This document shows positions 17,848-25,316 of a stretch of 31,873 nucleotides of DNA, one piece after another. The notes under the pieces were generated by a model. That model made no database searches. It saw nothing but the letters and a program-made list of their open reading frames with translations, and had not been told where the DNA came from. A program made the position numbers and the translations under genes. The first letter of the stretch is position 1, and each line of letters begins with the position of its first letter. This DNA is from a virus: the IMG/VR virus record IMGVR_UViG_3300020185_000006; one strand, 5' to 3'.

Positions 17848-17905
17848 CTTGTTTTTGTTTGTTTAATTATTAATCTTGATGTGAAGGTAATTGAATAAAG
17901 TTATA
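17848..17905 (-). promoter_or_regulatory. Conserved promoter/leader region, copy B (homologous to 28422..28470)
   Basis: Minus strand AACTTTATTCAATTACCTTCACATCAAGATTAATAATTAAACAAACAAAAACAAG-ATG. It shares the AACTTTAT, CTTCAC and ATTAATAAT.AAACAAACAAAAACAA blocks with the other copy. Confidence 0.35.
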
Positions 17906-17980
17906 AAAAAAAAGTTTTATAAGTTTATTTGCAATTTATTTTGTATTTTGGAAATTATCGGGCTTTGCCAAAAATGACTA

Positions 17981-18024
17981 AGGGTCTAAATAGGATCTAT
18001 TGAGGGTCTAACTAGGGTCTAACT
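17981..18024. repeat. Four direct repeats phased at exactly 11 bp (AGGGTCTAA / AGGATCTAT / AGGGTCTAA / AGGGTCTAA)
   Basis: Units start at 17981, 17992, 18003 and 18014. The last unit contains the terL stop codon (18019-18021). Confidence 0.8.
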
Positions 18025-19185
18025 AATTGTGTATTTCCCGAAATTAGGCTTTGAAAGAAGTGAATAGGTAGCGTATCTGCAAGGGTCTATTAGGTGATTG
18101 TTTTTATCAATAGGAGTATTGATTAACTTTCCTGTTCTATCCTCTTGCCATTTATAGTTGCGGAATTCTTGAATTGCATTAGTAGATGAACTTAATACAT
18201 TAATCTTATATCTCTTTAGTAAGTCTATTCCCGCATTAACGGAGTCCTTACCTTTTACGGAAGGGAAGATCTTGTGACCCATTCTTCTTAACTCATCAAT
18301 AAGTCTAGGTTCTGCTGAGTCGGCATAGATAGGTTTATTATCTAAGTGTTGATCTAGTAAGAACTTGTGTATATCATTAGTAGTCATCTGAGTCCTATAT
18401 AAATGCTCTCTAACGTACAAATTAAAATCTTCTATATAAACACTTATCAATGTGGTTGGATCGTTAGAATAGCCAAAATCCATTCCATAAGATATTAGTT
18501 CTGCCTCTTTAGGAATCTGATCTACTTCGTAATATCTAAAGACAGTAGATCTACTTGAAGACCTCTCCCCTAATCCGTAGATTTGCCAATACTGCTCATC
18601 AGTTTCTTTAAGTCTTTCAATCTCCTTTCGAATACTATCTTCAAGAAAAGGATTATTAAGATAAGTAGTTTTAAAGAAATCACAATCATCACGAGTAATA
18701 ACTTTATCATAAAGCCAATGATATTCTTCACTAGGGTTAAAATCAATTATTATTCTTTCTTGTGTTCTAAAAATTAGTTGTTGCCAATCCTCCCAATACA
18801 ATTCGTTTGCCTCATTTATAAAAAGCAAATCTCTTTTTCTACCTCTTATTTTTTGACTTTGATCTAAGCTAGTAAATTCAACTAAGTTACCAAAAAGATT
18901 ATATTCAGAATTAGACTTGTTGTGATAGTCTTCATTGTAAATCTTATTCGTTCTAAGGATATCTAGAAAATCCCTTAAAACAGTTGCTCTTAAGCTAGGG
19001 AATGTTTTTCTACAGATCGTTATAATCTTACCTTTATTATTAGAACAGTATTCAAATATAATCCAAAGTAAAATGTTGTAAGTTTTACCGCTCCTAGTTC
19101 CACCTTGCTCAACTACTATTTTCTTTTTACTATTTATTAAATGTCTAAAGACAATATTAGTTTTCAGAGTCCTCGATACTATCAA
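18019..19185 (-). CDS. terL: Terminase large subunit (PBSX/Terminase_3-like)
   Basis: 388 aa. Walker A VVEQGGTRSGKTY, LLFINEA Walker B-like segment, nuclease-half pattern (GMDFGYSNDPTTL). It follows terS. Confidence 0.85.
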   Translation of the reverse strand: MIVSRTLKTNIVFRHLINSKKKIVVEQGGTRSGKTYNILLWIIFEYCSNNKGKIITICRKTFPSLRATVLRDFLDILRTNKIYNEDYHNKSNSEYNLFGNLVEFTSLDQSQKIRGRKRDLLFINEANELYWEDWQQLIFRTQERIIIDFNPSEEYHWLYDKVITRDDCDFFKTTYLNNPFLEDSIRKEIERLKETDEQYWQIYGLGERSSSRSTVFRYYEVDQIPKEAELISYGMDFGYSNDPTTLISVYIEDFNLYVREHLYRTQMTTNDIHKFLLDQHLDNKPIYADSAEPRLIDELRRMGHKIFPSVKGKDSVNAGIDLLKRYKINVLSSSTNAIQEFRNYKWQEDRTGKLINTPIDKNNHLIDPCRYATYSLLSKPNFGKYTIS

Positions 19186-19516
19186 TTATTTCTACTTTAA
19201 AATTACTAGGCATTCCATCCGCTCCTGTTATCTCTTGCCTCTCAACGTATCCTCTTTTCTTTCCTCTAGTCTTAAGAAAGAATATTATTTCTGCAGTCCT
19301 ATTACTATCGATATTTTCAAACAATTTACTTTCAACAAAGTCTAAAGCGATATCATCTACACTTACTACTTGCTCAGCAAATTCCTCATCTGTCTTAACC
19401 CATTGATAAAAAGTTGAAGTTCCAACTCCCGCTTTTTTACAAGCAGTTGTTACAACTCCTAATGATTTTCTTAAGGCTTCAAGTACAGCCTTTTTATTGT
19501 GTCCCGTTTTGTCCAT
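19157..19516 (-). CDS. terS: Terminase small subunit
   Basis: 119 aa. N-terminal HTH (VVTTACKKAGVGTSTFYQWVKTDEEF) and a C-terminal FFLKTRGKKRGY pattern. It lies immediately upstream of terL and overlaps it. Confidence 0.7.
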   Translation of the reverse strand: MDKTGHNKKAVLEALRKSLGVVTTACKKAGVGTSTFYQWVKTDEEFAEQVVSVDDIALDFVESKLFENIDSNRTAEIIFFLKTRGKKRGYVERQEITGADGMPSNFKVEIIDSIEDSEN

Positions 19517-20537
19517 TTTTTAACCATTGATTATATATTTGATTACTTATATTTGCCATCATTAAAGGTAGTACAGATCTGCCCATCGTTGTTACGGGAT
19601 TAGTATCTAAGAAATTATAATCCTTCGGGAATGTTGATAATAGCCTAACCTCTTCTTTGTTTAGTTTTCTTTTATAGATAGGATGAACTACACTATAAGC
19701 ACCCGCATTTCCTGTTGTAGCGGTAATAGTCGGACAAGGCTTATTTAAAGAAGGCTTTACTAAATTAAAATGTTTCTTGTGACTAGAACCTATTTCAACT
19801 TCACCCCAAAGTTTATCTAAAGAATATTTAGAAATATCATTTTCAAATATACTCCAATACTTTTTAGTAACATCAAAATTAACTTTAGGTACATCGAAAT
19901 TTAGATTCAGTTTCTTATTCTTAAGATCTTTTCGTGACCCTATTATAAAGACTCTATTCCTTAACTGAGGTAAACCCATCGATGCTGCAAATAAAGAAAA
20001 GACTTGTATATCATAGTCATCAGATAGTCTATTAATAACATTAAGAACGTAAATCTTTGCATTACCTTTTATTATACCGCTTACATTTTCAAGTAGAAAA
20101 ACTTTTGGGTTTAGTTTTTTTATTGTATCCGAATAGATGTAAACCAAATCATCCTTTACTTGTTTAATCCCTTCGTATAAAGATTTCTTTCCCCAAATGT
20201 CTTCTCTAGATCCCGATGTAGAAAATGCTGCGCAAGGAGGAGATCCATCTAATATATCTAAATTGTATAGTTCTTTTGGTAAGTCAGTTCTTTTATTAAA
20301 ATCTCTAATGTCCTCTAAATAAAAATGTTTCGGGTTTAGATTCTTTTTATAGATCTTACTAAAATGCTCAGTAAATTCAACACCACCTAAGTGATCGAAT
20401 CCCGCTAACTTATAACCCATTGTAGAACCTCCCCCGCAAACGAAAGTTCCAAAGACTTTTTTATTATGCTTCTTTACCTTAAGGTCATCTGTTAAATTCC
20501 ATTCTAAAGGAAAAATATTTTCAGTTACTTTCTGCAT
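19494..20537 (-). CDS. C5-cytosine DNA methyltransferase-fold enzyme with an altered cofactor pocket; predicted DNA cytosine-5 carboxymethyltransferase
   Basis: 347 aa. Motifs: I FVCGGGSTMGY, IV GSPPCAAFS (C102; Ala replaces the usual Gln), VI FLLENVSG, VIII LPQLRNRVF, IX EEVRLLSTFPKDY, X TTMGRSVLPLM (R320 replaces the usual Asn of GN). Codons checked by hand: TGC at 20232-20234, AGA at 19578-19580. Confidence 0.85.
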   Translation of the reverse strand: MQKVTENIFPLEWNLTDDLKVKKHNKKVFGTFVCGGGSTMGYKLAGFDHLGGVEFTEHFSKIYKKNLNPKHFYLEDIRDFNKRTDLPKELYNLDILDGSPPCAAFSTSGSREDIWGKKSLYEGIKQVKDDLVYIYSDTIKKLNPKVFLLENVSGIIKGNAKIYVLNVINRLSDDYDIQVFSLFAASMGLPQLRNRVFIIGSRKDLKNKKLNLNFDVPKVNFDVTKKYWSIFENDISKYSLDKLWGEVEIGSSHKKHFNLVKPSLNKPCPTITATTGNAGAYSVVHPIYKRKLNKEEVRLLSTFPKDYNFLDTNPVTTMGRSVLPLMMANISNQIYNQWLKNGQNGTQ

Positions 20538-21166
20538 ATATATCCTTTAAAATTTAGGGATTGAAAGAAGGGTTCTATTTTATTAAATCCCGCTTCTTTA
20601 AGTAGAAGAATATTCTCAGAAGAATTTAATGAGTTCATTATATTTCTTAAGGAAAACTCCTTATCTAAAATTTCCTTTGCGCTAAAGGTTTCTTGCTTAT
20701 TAGTATAATTAGCAAAAGTAAACACTTCTTGAATTACCCCATCTTCACAGATCTCTTTCTCGCAAAAGATAAAAGCACCGTTAGTATTTAAAGATTTATA
20801 AGCCTTAGTTAAAAGATCTAGTCTTTTATTAATATCAATAAACTGAAGAGTAAACACCGAGATGATTAAGTTTGTTTTAATTATCTCGAATTCATCTTTG
20901 GTTATATCCTCTTTAATTAGATTGCAATTCGTTTCTATAAAATTAGAATCAACTATATCATAGCCAATACAATCTATATTATAGGCTTTATTTATCTTAT
21001 CTAATAACCTTCCCGAAGTGCAACCAAGATCAATTACTGTTGTATTCTCTTTAATAAAAAAAGAACACATATTTAGAATTAAATAATCTAGTAAATCGTA
21101 ACCCTTAATAGAATTATTAATGTGATTATCAAAATTCTTAATACTATCAAAACTAAACTTTTCCAT
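20525..21166 (-). CDS. CmoA-like class I SAM-fold protein (predicted carboxy-S-adenosylmethionine synthase)
   Basis: 213 aa. Blocks FSFDSIKNFDNHINNSIKGY, VIDLGCTSG, ISVFTLQFI, LNTNGAFIFCEK and EAGFNKIEPFFQSLNF align along the whole length with E. coli CmoA as I recall it. It overlaps both neighbours (13-14 nt). Confidence 0.65.
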   Translation of the reverse strand: MEKFSFDSIKNFDNHINNSIKGYDLLDYLILNMCSFFIKENTTVIDLGCTSGRLLDKINKAYNIDCIGYDIVDSNFIETNCNLIKEDITKDEFEIIKTNLIISVFTLQFIDINKRLDLLTKAYKSLNTNGAFIFCEKEICEDGVIQEVFTFANYTNKQETFSAKEILDKEFSLRNIMNSLNSSENILLLKEAGFNKIEPFFQSLNFKGYICRK

Positions 21167-21689
21167 AATTCAATAACTTTAAAAGTGCTAACTCTAGATT
21201 AGCATCTAACTTACTTAACGATTCTTTTACAAAAAGATACTCCTCTTGATTGAAGTTTAATTTTAAAACTTGCTCATCCTTAAAGTCATCTAGGTCTACC
21301 TCTTGATCATTATAATCCTTATCACTAAACTCAAAGCTATCAACTCCCCAATCACTTAGTTCGTTAGTCTCCCATTCATTAGCTAAAAGATCCCAATCCC
21401 ATTCTCCGAATCCTACATTGTCTTTGATTATAAACTCTTTTTTTTGTTTATCAGTCCAACCTTCAGCGACATCAACCCAAACTTTTTTTAATCCCGCTTC
21501 TTTACAAGCCTTTAATCTCATATTGCCTCCTAAAACCATCATCGACTCATCTACAACAATAGATCTCTTTTCTAGCATTTCGGGAAACTCCTTAATACTA
21601 TTAACTAGCTTAATGAATTTACCATCTTTTATTACTCTAGGGTTCTTAGGATTACTTAAGACCTCACCTATACTAACTTGCTTTTTCAT
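21153..21689 (-). CDS. ParB-like nuclease (ParB/Srx) domain protein
   Basis: 178 aa. Pattern NPKNPRVI...IKEFPEMLEKRSIVVDESMMVLGGNMRLKACKEAG, then a Trp/acidic-rich linker region of the kind seen N-terminal to phage DNA methylases. Confidence 0.7.
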   Translation of the reverse strand: MKKQVSIGEVLSNPKNPRVIKDGKFIKLVNSIKEFPEMLEKRSIVVDESMMVLGGNMRLKACKEAGLKKVWVDVAEGWTDKQKKEFIIKDNVGFGEWDWDLLANEWETNELSDWGVDSFEFSDKDYNDQEVDLDDFKDEQVLKLNFNQEEYLFVKESLSKLDANLELALLKLLNYGKV

Positions 21690-21856
21690 TTTATCTCTGT
21701 TTGTTCTATAATAAAAGTCTTAGTTTGTCTTATCATTAAATTCTGATCTTTCTTACTTTTAAACGTTTTAGGAATTTTAATATAAATAGCATTAGGATCT
21801 TCCTCTGTAAAATATTCTTTAAACCCATCTATAATTGAATTAAGTAACTTTTTCAT
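21686..21856 (-). CDS. Small ORF, 56 aa: MKKLLNSIIDGFKEYFTEEDPNAIYIKIPKTFKSKKDQNLMIRQTKTFIIEQTEIK
   Basis: Hand translation. It fills the 150-bp gap, and its TGA overlaps the ParB-like ATG (ATGA). Confidence 0.45.
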   Translation of the reverse strand: MKKLLNSIIDGFKEYFTEEDPNAIYIKIPKTFKSKKDQNLMIRQTKTFIIEQTEIK

Positions 21857-22232
21857 ATTTCTCAATTTTCTTTTTTAAATTTTTAACCTTCGTTTCTAAC
21901 ATATGTATTTTATCAAGAGTATCAAGATCTATTGGTTCAAAGCTAAATTGTTTTTCTAACTCTTCTAGCTTTCCATTTTCCTCTTTATAAACCTTATAGT
22001 AATGATGAGAATGAATAATAGTTGCGTGAGTTATTGTTCTACTATTTGCCTTAAAAAATAAACAAATATTAGTCCATCTCAAATTCATCCTCTCTCTAAG
22101 GATGTAAATCAATAATGACCTATAATGAATAACCTCTTTTCTCCTTGTATTTTCAAATACATCAACTCCTGTTTTTTTTATTATCTTATCGCTTACTTCC
22201 TGTGCTGTCATTTTATATTTTTTTAGCTTCAT
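21840..22232 (-). CDS. DnaA domain IV-like DNA-binding protein
   Basis: 130 aa. RRKEVIHYRSLLIYILRERMNLRWTNICLFFKANSRTITHATIIHS matches the DnaA C-terminal HTH signature (R..i..aR.iamYL.re....s...Ig..f.r.HsTv.ha). Confidence 0.55.
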   Translation of the reverse strand: MKLKKYKMTAQEVSDKIIKKTGVDVFENTRRKEVIHYRSLLIYILRERMNLRWTNICLFFKANSRTITHATIIHSHHYYKVYKEENGKLEELEKQFSFEPIDLDTLDKIHMLETKVKNLKKKIEKYEKVT

Positions 22233-22404
22233 TTAATACTTGATTCCAAAACCTATTCTGATGTTTATATCCGCAAACGTAATCAATCATCTTCTCCGAA
22301 AAGATAACAACGCATTTCTTTGCTGACTCTCTATTGATAGATGCCTCATTCATAAACTTAGATATTAATATTTCAGTATAAATAATATAATGTTTTTCTA
22401 TCAC
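22213..22404 (-). CDS. Hypothetical protein (63 aa), paralogue of 22401..22592
   Basis: The two share LIS(R/K)(Y/F)..E......(D/E)SAKK.V.I......Y..Q..FW..V. Confidence 0.55.
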   Translation of the reverse strand: MIEKHYIIYTEILISKFMNEASINRESAKKCVVIFSEKMIDYVCGYKHQNRFWNQVLNEAKKI

Positions 22405-22592
22405 TTTAAATACCTCTTAACTTCTGTCCAAAATTCTATCTGATATCTATAAGGTAAACCCCATTTAAATATCTCATCTATTAAAATCAAAACTCCTTTT
22501 TTTGCAGAATCCTCATCAACACCACATTCGCTAATATATCTGCTGATTAATTTCTGCGCTTGGTCACTTGCATTCTTTTCTCTATCTGTCAT
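22401..22592 (-). CDS. Hypothetical protein (63 aa), paralogue of 22213..22404
   Basis: ORF track. ATGA overlaps on both sides. Confidence 0.55.
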   Translation of the reverse strand: MTDREKNASDQAQKLISRYISECGVDEDSAKKGVLILIDEIFKWGLPYRYQIEFWTEVKRYLK

Positions 22593-22771
22593 AACTCTTT
22601 TTTTAATTTTTCAATATATAACGTTGCATCCATTAGTTCTTCTTGAAGATGAATAAGCCATTCTAAGCTACTCAAATCATTCCTGTCTAATGTCACCCCG
22701 TATTTTTTAATTCCTGTCTCTGATCGTTCTTTAAACCTAGTTAAAACTCTTTCTAATATATTATCTCTCAT
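22589..22771 (-). CDS. Hypothetical protein (60 aa), weak all-alpha NTP-PPase (MazG-like) pattern
   Basis: GIKKYGVTL...WLIHLQEELMDATLYIEKL resembles the EExxD helix of small phage MazG-like proteins. Weak call. Confidence 0.3.
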   Translation of the reverse strand: MRDNILERVLTRFKERSETGIKKYGVTLDRNDLSSLEWLIHLQEELMDATLYIEKLKKEL

Positions 22772-22854
22772 TCGGTTTGTGTAGGTCTATAAAATTTCCA
22801 ATAATTAATATCAATACGCTTAGTGATAGAATCACCAATGCTTTTAAAATCCTT

Positions 22855-23028
22855 TTACATTTCACTATCATAAATTCTCTGTTTTAAGTTTTCAATTTCC
22901 TTATCTAATCTTCTTAACCCTCTAGTTAATCCAACTATTCTTAATTGATCTATACTAGGATCTTGAATCTCTTTTCTTCTTTCTTCCCTAATTCTTAACT
23001 TAGCATTCAACTCTGCATTTAAATTCAT
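22855..23028 (-). CDS. Small coiled-coil ORF, 57 aa: MNLNAELNAKLRIREERRKEIQDPSIDQLRIVGLTRGLRRLDKEIENLKQRIYDSEM
   Basis: Hand translation. ATGA overlap with the FEN gene stop (23025-23028). Confidence 0.4.
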   Translation of the reverse strand: MNLNAELNAKLRIREERRKEIQDPSIDQLRIVGLTRGLRRLDKEIENLKQRIYDSEM

Positions 23029-23726
23029 TCGATTCTTAGTTTTAATAAGTTATAACATTCACTATACTTTTCTTTTGCCTTCCCTCTATACCTCTCTTTA
23101 AAAAGTAAAAATAATTTTTTTCTATACTGATAATCAGTAACGCAATTTTTAAAATATTTTTCAGCAAATTTTTTTCCCTTGCCAAAAAAGTAGTTGACAT
23201 TATCTGATTGATCTCCGACAATCATCTGTTCGTAAAAATTATACATTGCCTCTTCTTTCGTTAAGTCACATAACTCCTTCGTGTGATATCTATAAACTAA
23301 TGCGGGGAATTGAAGATAGTCTTTATCTATACTGACTATCATTACTTGATCTCTTCCCCAAACTTCAATCAGCTTATTCCAATAGATAGCAACTAAATCA
23401 TCTGTCTCCATTCCTACTGCACAATGCGAATCGTAAGTGTCTCTAACGTAATTGTGAATTTCCTGTAAGAGAGGAGGCTTTTTTTGAGTAACTCTATTTG
23501 CCTTATATTTTTTAGTTATAAGTTTCCTAAAGTTTGCCCTTCCATCATTAAAGACTAGGACTTGAGTTACATTATATTGATCGGTTAAGTCATTAATAAT
23601 ACTTTGAAAAACCTCATCAAACTTATAAGTAACATCTTCAATCTTCTCAAAAAACATTCCTTCCTCTCCCTTCGGAGAATAACAACTTGCAAAAATTAAA
23701 CTATCTGCATCTACTAATAAAATCAC
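23025..23726 (-). CDS. 5'-3' exonuclease / flap endonuclease (PIN-like, T4 RNase H / T5 D15 type)
   Basis: 233 aa. Motifs: MILLVDADSLIF, KANR, VGMETDDLVAIY, SIDKDYLQ, GDQSDNV...GKGKKFAEKY. Confidence 0.8.
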   Translation of the reverse strand: MILLVDADSLIFASCYSPKGEEGMFFEKIEDVTYKFDEVFQSIINDLTDQYNVTQVLVFNDGRANFRKLITKKYKANRVTQKKPPLLQEIHNYVRDTYDSHCAVGMETDDLVAIYWNKLIEVWGRDQVMIVSIDKDYLQFPALVYRYHTKELCDLTKEEAMYNFYEQMIVGDQSDNVNYFFGKGKKFAEKYFKNCVTDYQYRKKLFLLFKERYRGKAKEKYSECYNLLKLRIE

Positions 23727-24019
23727 TTTATAGGGATTTGTAAAAAAGGTCCATTAAAATTCATTTGATATTCTTCATCAATATCAAAGCACTCACTTTT
23801 TTTCGCACTAAAAAAAGTTAACCTTTCTTTAATCAAATCTAAAAAGAACATATGCTGATAAGGAGTTGTATTAACATAGAAGTCAACTACATCTTGGTAT
23901 TCTTTTTTAAGAGTAGATTCCTTTTCGGGATTTACTTTTCCGTCTACTATTGTTGGTTCAAATTTTTTGTTTTTCATTATATCTGTTTTTAAGTTGTAAA
24001 TAATCAAGCCAATAGTCAA
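23723..24019 (-). CDS. Hypothetical protein (98 aa; the true start may be the internal ATG at 23977)
   Basis: ORF track. The internal MKNKKFEP start is preceded by a typical CTTAAAAACAGATAT leader. Confidence 0.5.
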   Translation of the reverse strand: MTIGLIIYNLKTDIMKNKKFEPTIVDGKVNPEKESTLKKEYQDVVDFYVNTTPYQHMFFLDLIKERLTFFSAKKSECFDIDEEYQMNFNGPFLQIPIK

Positions 24020-24060
24020 ACCAATTAAATTCTGATGACTTCCTAGCTTTTATATATTTT

Positions 24061-24285
24061 TTATAGGCTGCTTTTAATTCCCATTCTTGAATATCTTTTT
24101 CGATAATCCATTCGTATGACATCATTTAAAAGTTTAGTGGGATAACATTCTTGACAAACTACAAAATCGGGCAATGACTCTAGATCCTCCGAAGAAGATG
24201 CGTGATTCCCGCATTTAGGACACTCGATAACATATAACCCGCTATCGATCTTTTTTCTCTCTCTAAGTAATTTAGATCCGCTCAT
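24061..24285 (-). CDS. Hypothetical zinc-ribbon protein (74 aa)
   Basis: CPKCG ... CQEC pairs. ATGA overlap with the upstream gene. Confidence 0.5.
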   Translation of the reverse strand: MSGSKLLRERKKIDSGLYVIECPKCGNHASSSEDLESLPDFVVCQECYPTKLLNDVIRMDYRKRYSRMGIKSSL

Positions 24286-24494
24286 ATAAATAAACTATAT
24301 TTATCTAAACTCTCTGAAAACTCTCTGACCTCCTTATCGTGCTTTGCAACTAAGCCTGTACAAAACTCCTTAACCTCATCTACATTTTGAATACTTAAAT
24401 TGTTATTAGATGAAAATTCAGCGGAAACTCCCGAATTAAATGAGTAACGAATAATAGTATTTAATACTTCTTCTGTAATGGTGTAACTTTTCAT
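24282..24494 (-). CDS. Hypothetical protein (70 aa)
   Basis: ORF track, coding strand. Confidence 0.5.
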   Translation of the reverse strand: MKSYTITEEVLNTIIRYSFNSGVSAEFSSNNNLSIQNVDEVKEFCTGLVAKHDKEVREFSESLDKYSLFI

Positions 24495-24506
24495 ATCTGC
24501 TTTTTT

Positions 24507-24659
24507 TTAAATTTCTGTTAAATCTGATTCGTGGAAAGACTCTGTATATCTTCCTATTCTTACGATAACGAAAGAACCTACAATTTCTTCAACTGTTCCT
24601 TTTTTCCCTCCGTAACTATTAGAGATTTTAACTCTAGATCCTATGCTTAACTTTTCCAT
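24507..24659 (-). CDS. Small ORF, 50 aa: MEKLSIGSRVKISNSYGGKKGTVEEIVGSFVIVRIGRYTESFHESDLTEI (KOW/SH3-like pattern)
   Basis: Hand translation. ATG at 24659, TAA at 24507-24509. It fills the gap. Confidence 0.45.
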   Translation of the reverse strand: MEKLSIGSRVKISNSYGGKKGTVEEIVGSFVIVRIGRYTESFHESDLTEI

Positions 24660-24718
24660 ATCTGCTTTATTTAAGTTTATTTGATGTTGTAAATATAAAC
24701 AAAAAACTTTATAAAAAG

Positions 24719-25153
24719 CTATTTATGCAAAATTATTTTGATTGCGTGTGATTCTTGTAGCAAATATACATCCTTAAGGATTTTCTTTTTATTCCACATA
24801 GTAGTAGATGGACAATACCTTTGAACGATAGGAGGCATTTTTAGGTTGTCTAGTCTATACAAATACTGACCTTTAAGATCACTAACGTAATAGAACTTTT
24901 TTCCGACTAAAGTCATTAAAGCATCGTATTTCTTTTTCTCTAATAGCTTAGTTGTCCAATAGTCTTTTCTGAATTTCATCTCCATCCAACATCTATATCC
25001 TTTAGGAGTACTACCAAAAGCATCGTAGATATCATTGTGATTCGGTGAAGGTTTTAAACTCCACCCTTTTAGATTAAGACACAAGATCTTATTTATCTCT
25101 AGTTGTTTTAACCCGTTAAGTTGACTTAACATATAGCCTGTTAAGATCCTCAA
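24719..25153 (-). CDS. Hypothetical protein, possible PD-(D/E)XK nuclease
   Basis: 144 aa. IYDAFG ... CWMEMKFRK could be a D...E.K motif. Weak call. Confidence 0.25.
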   Translation of the reverse strand: MRILTGYMLSQLNGLKQLEINKILCLNLKGWSLKPSPNHNDIYDAFGSTPKGYRCWMEMKFRKDYWTTKLLEKKKYDALMTLVGKKFYYVSDLKGQYLYRLDNLKMPPIVQRYCPSTTMWNKKKILKDVYLLQESHAIKIILHK

Positions 25154-25316
25154 TCATAATATTAATCCTTTTAGGAGAACACTTACAAGGAAGTTCTAGC
25201 TTGTGTTTAAAGCATTTAGCGTGAAGGTCGCAAACAAGTAGATACTCTTCGTGAGTAATAGTGTTCCCGTTGCCTTCTCTAAACTTCTTCCATTCTTTTA
25301 GATCTTTTTTTACCAT
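25116..25316 (-). CDS. Hypothetical protein (66 aa, Cys/His-containing)
   Basis: ORF track. Confidence 0.5.
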   Translation of the reverse strand: MVKKDLKEWKKFREGNGNTITHEEYLLVCDLHAKCFKHKLELPCKCSPKRINIMIEDLNRLYVKST

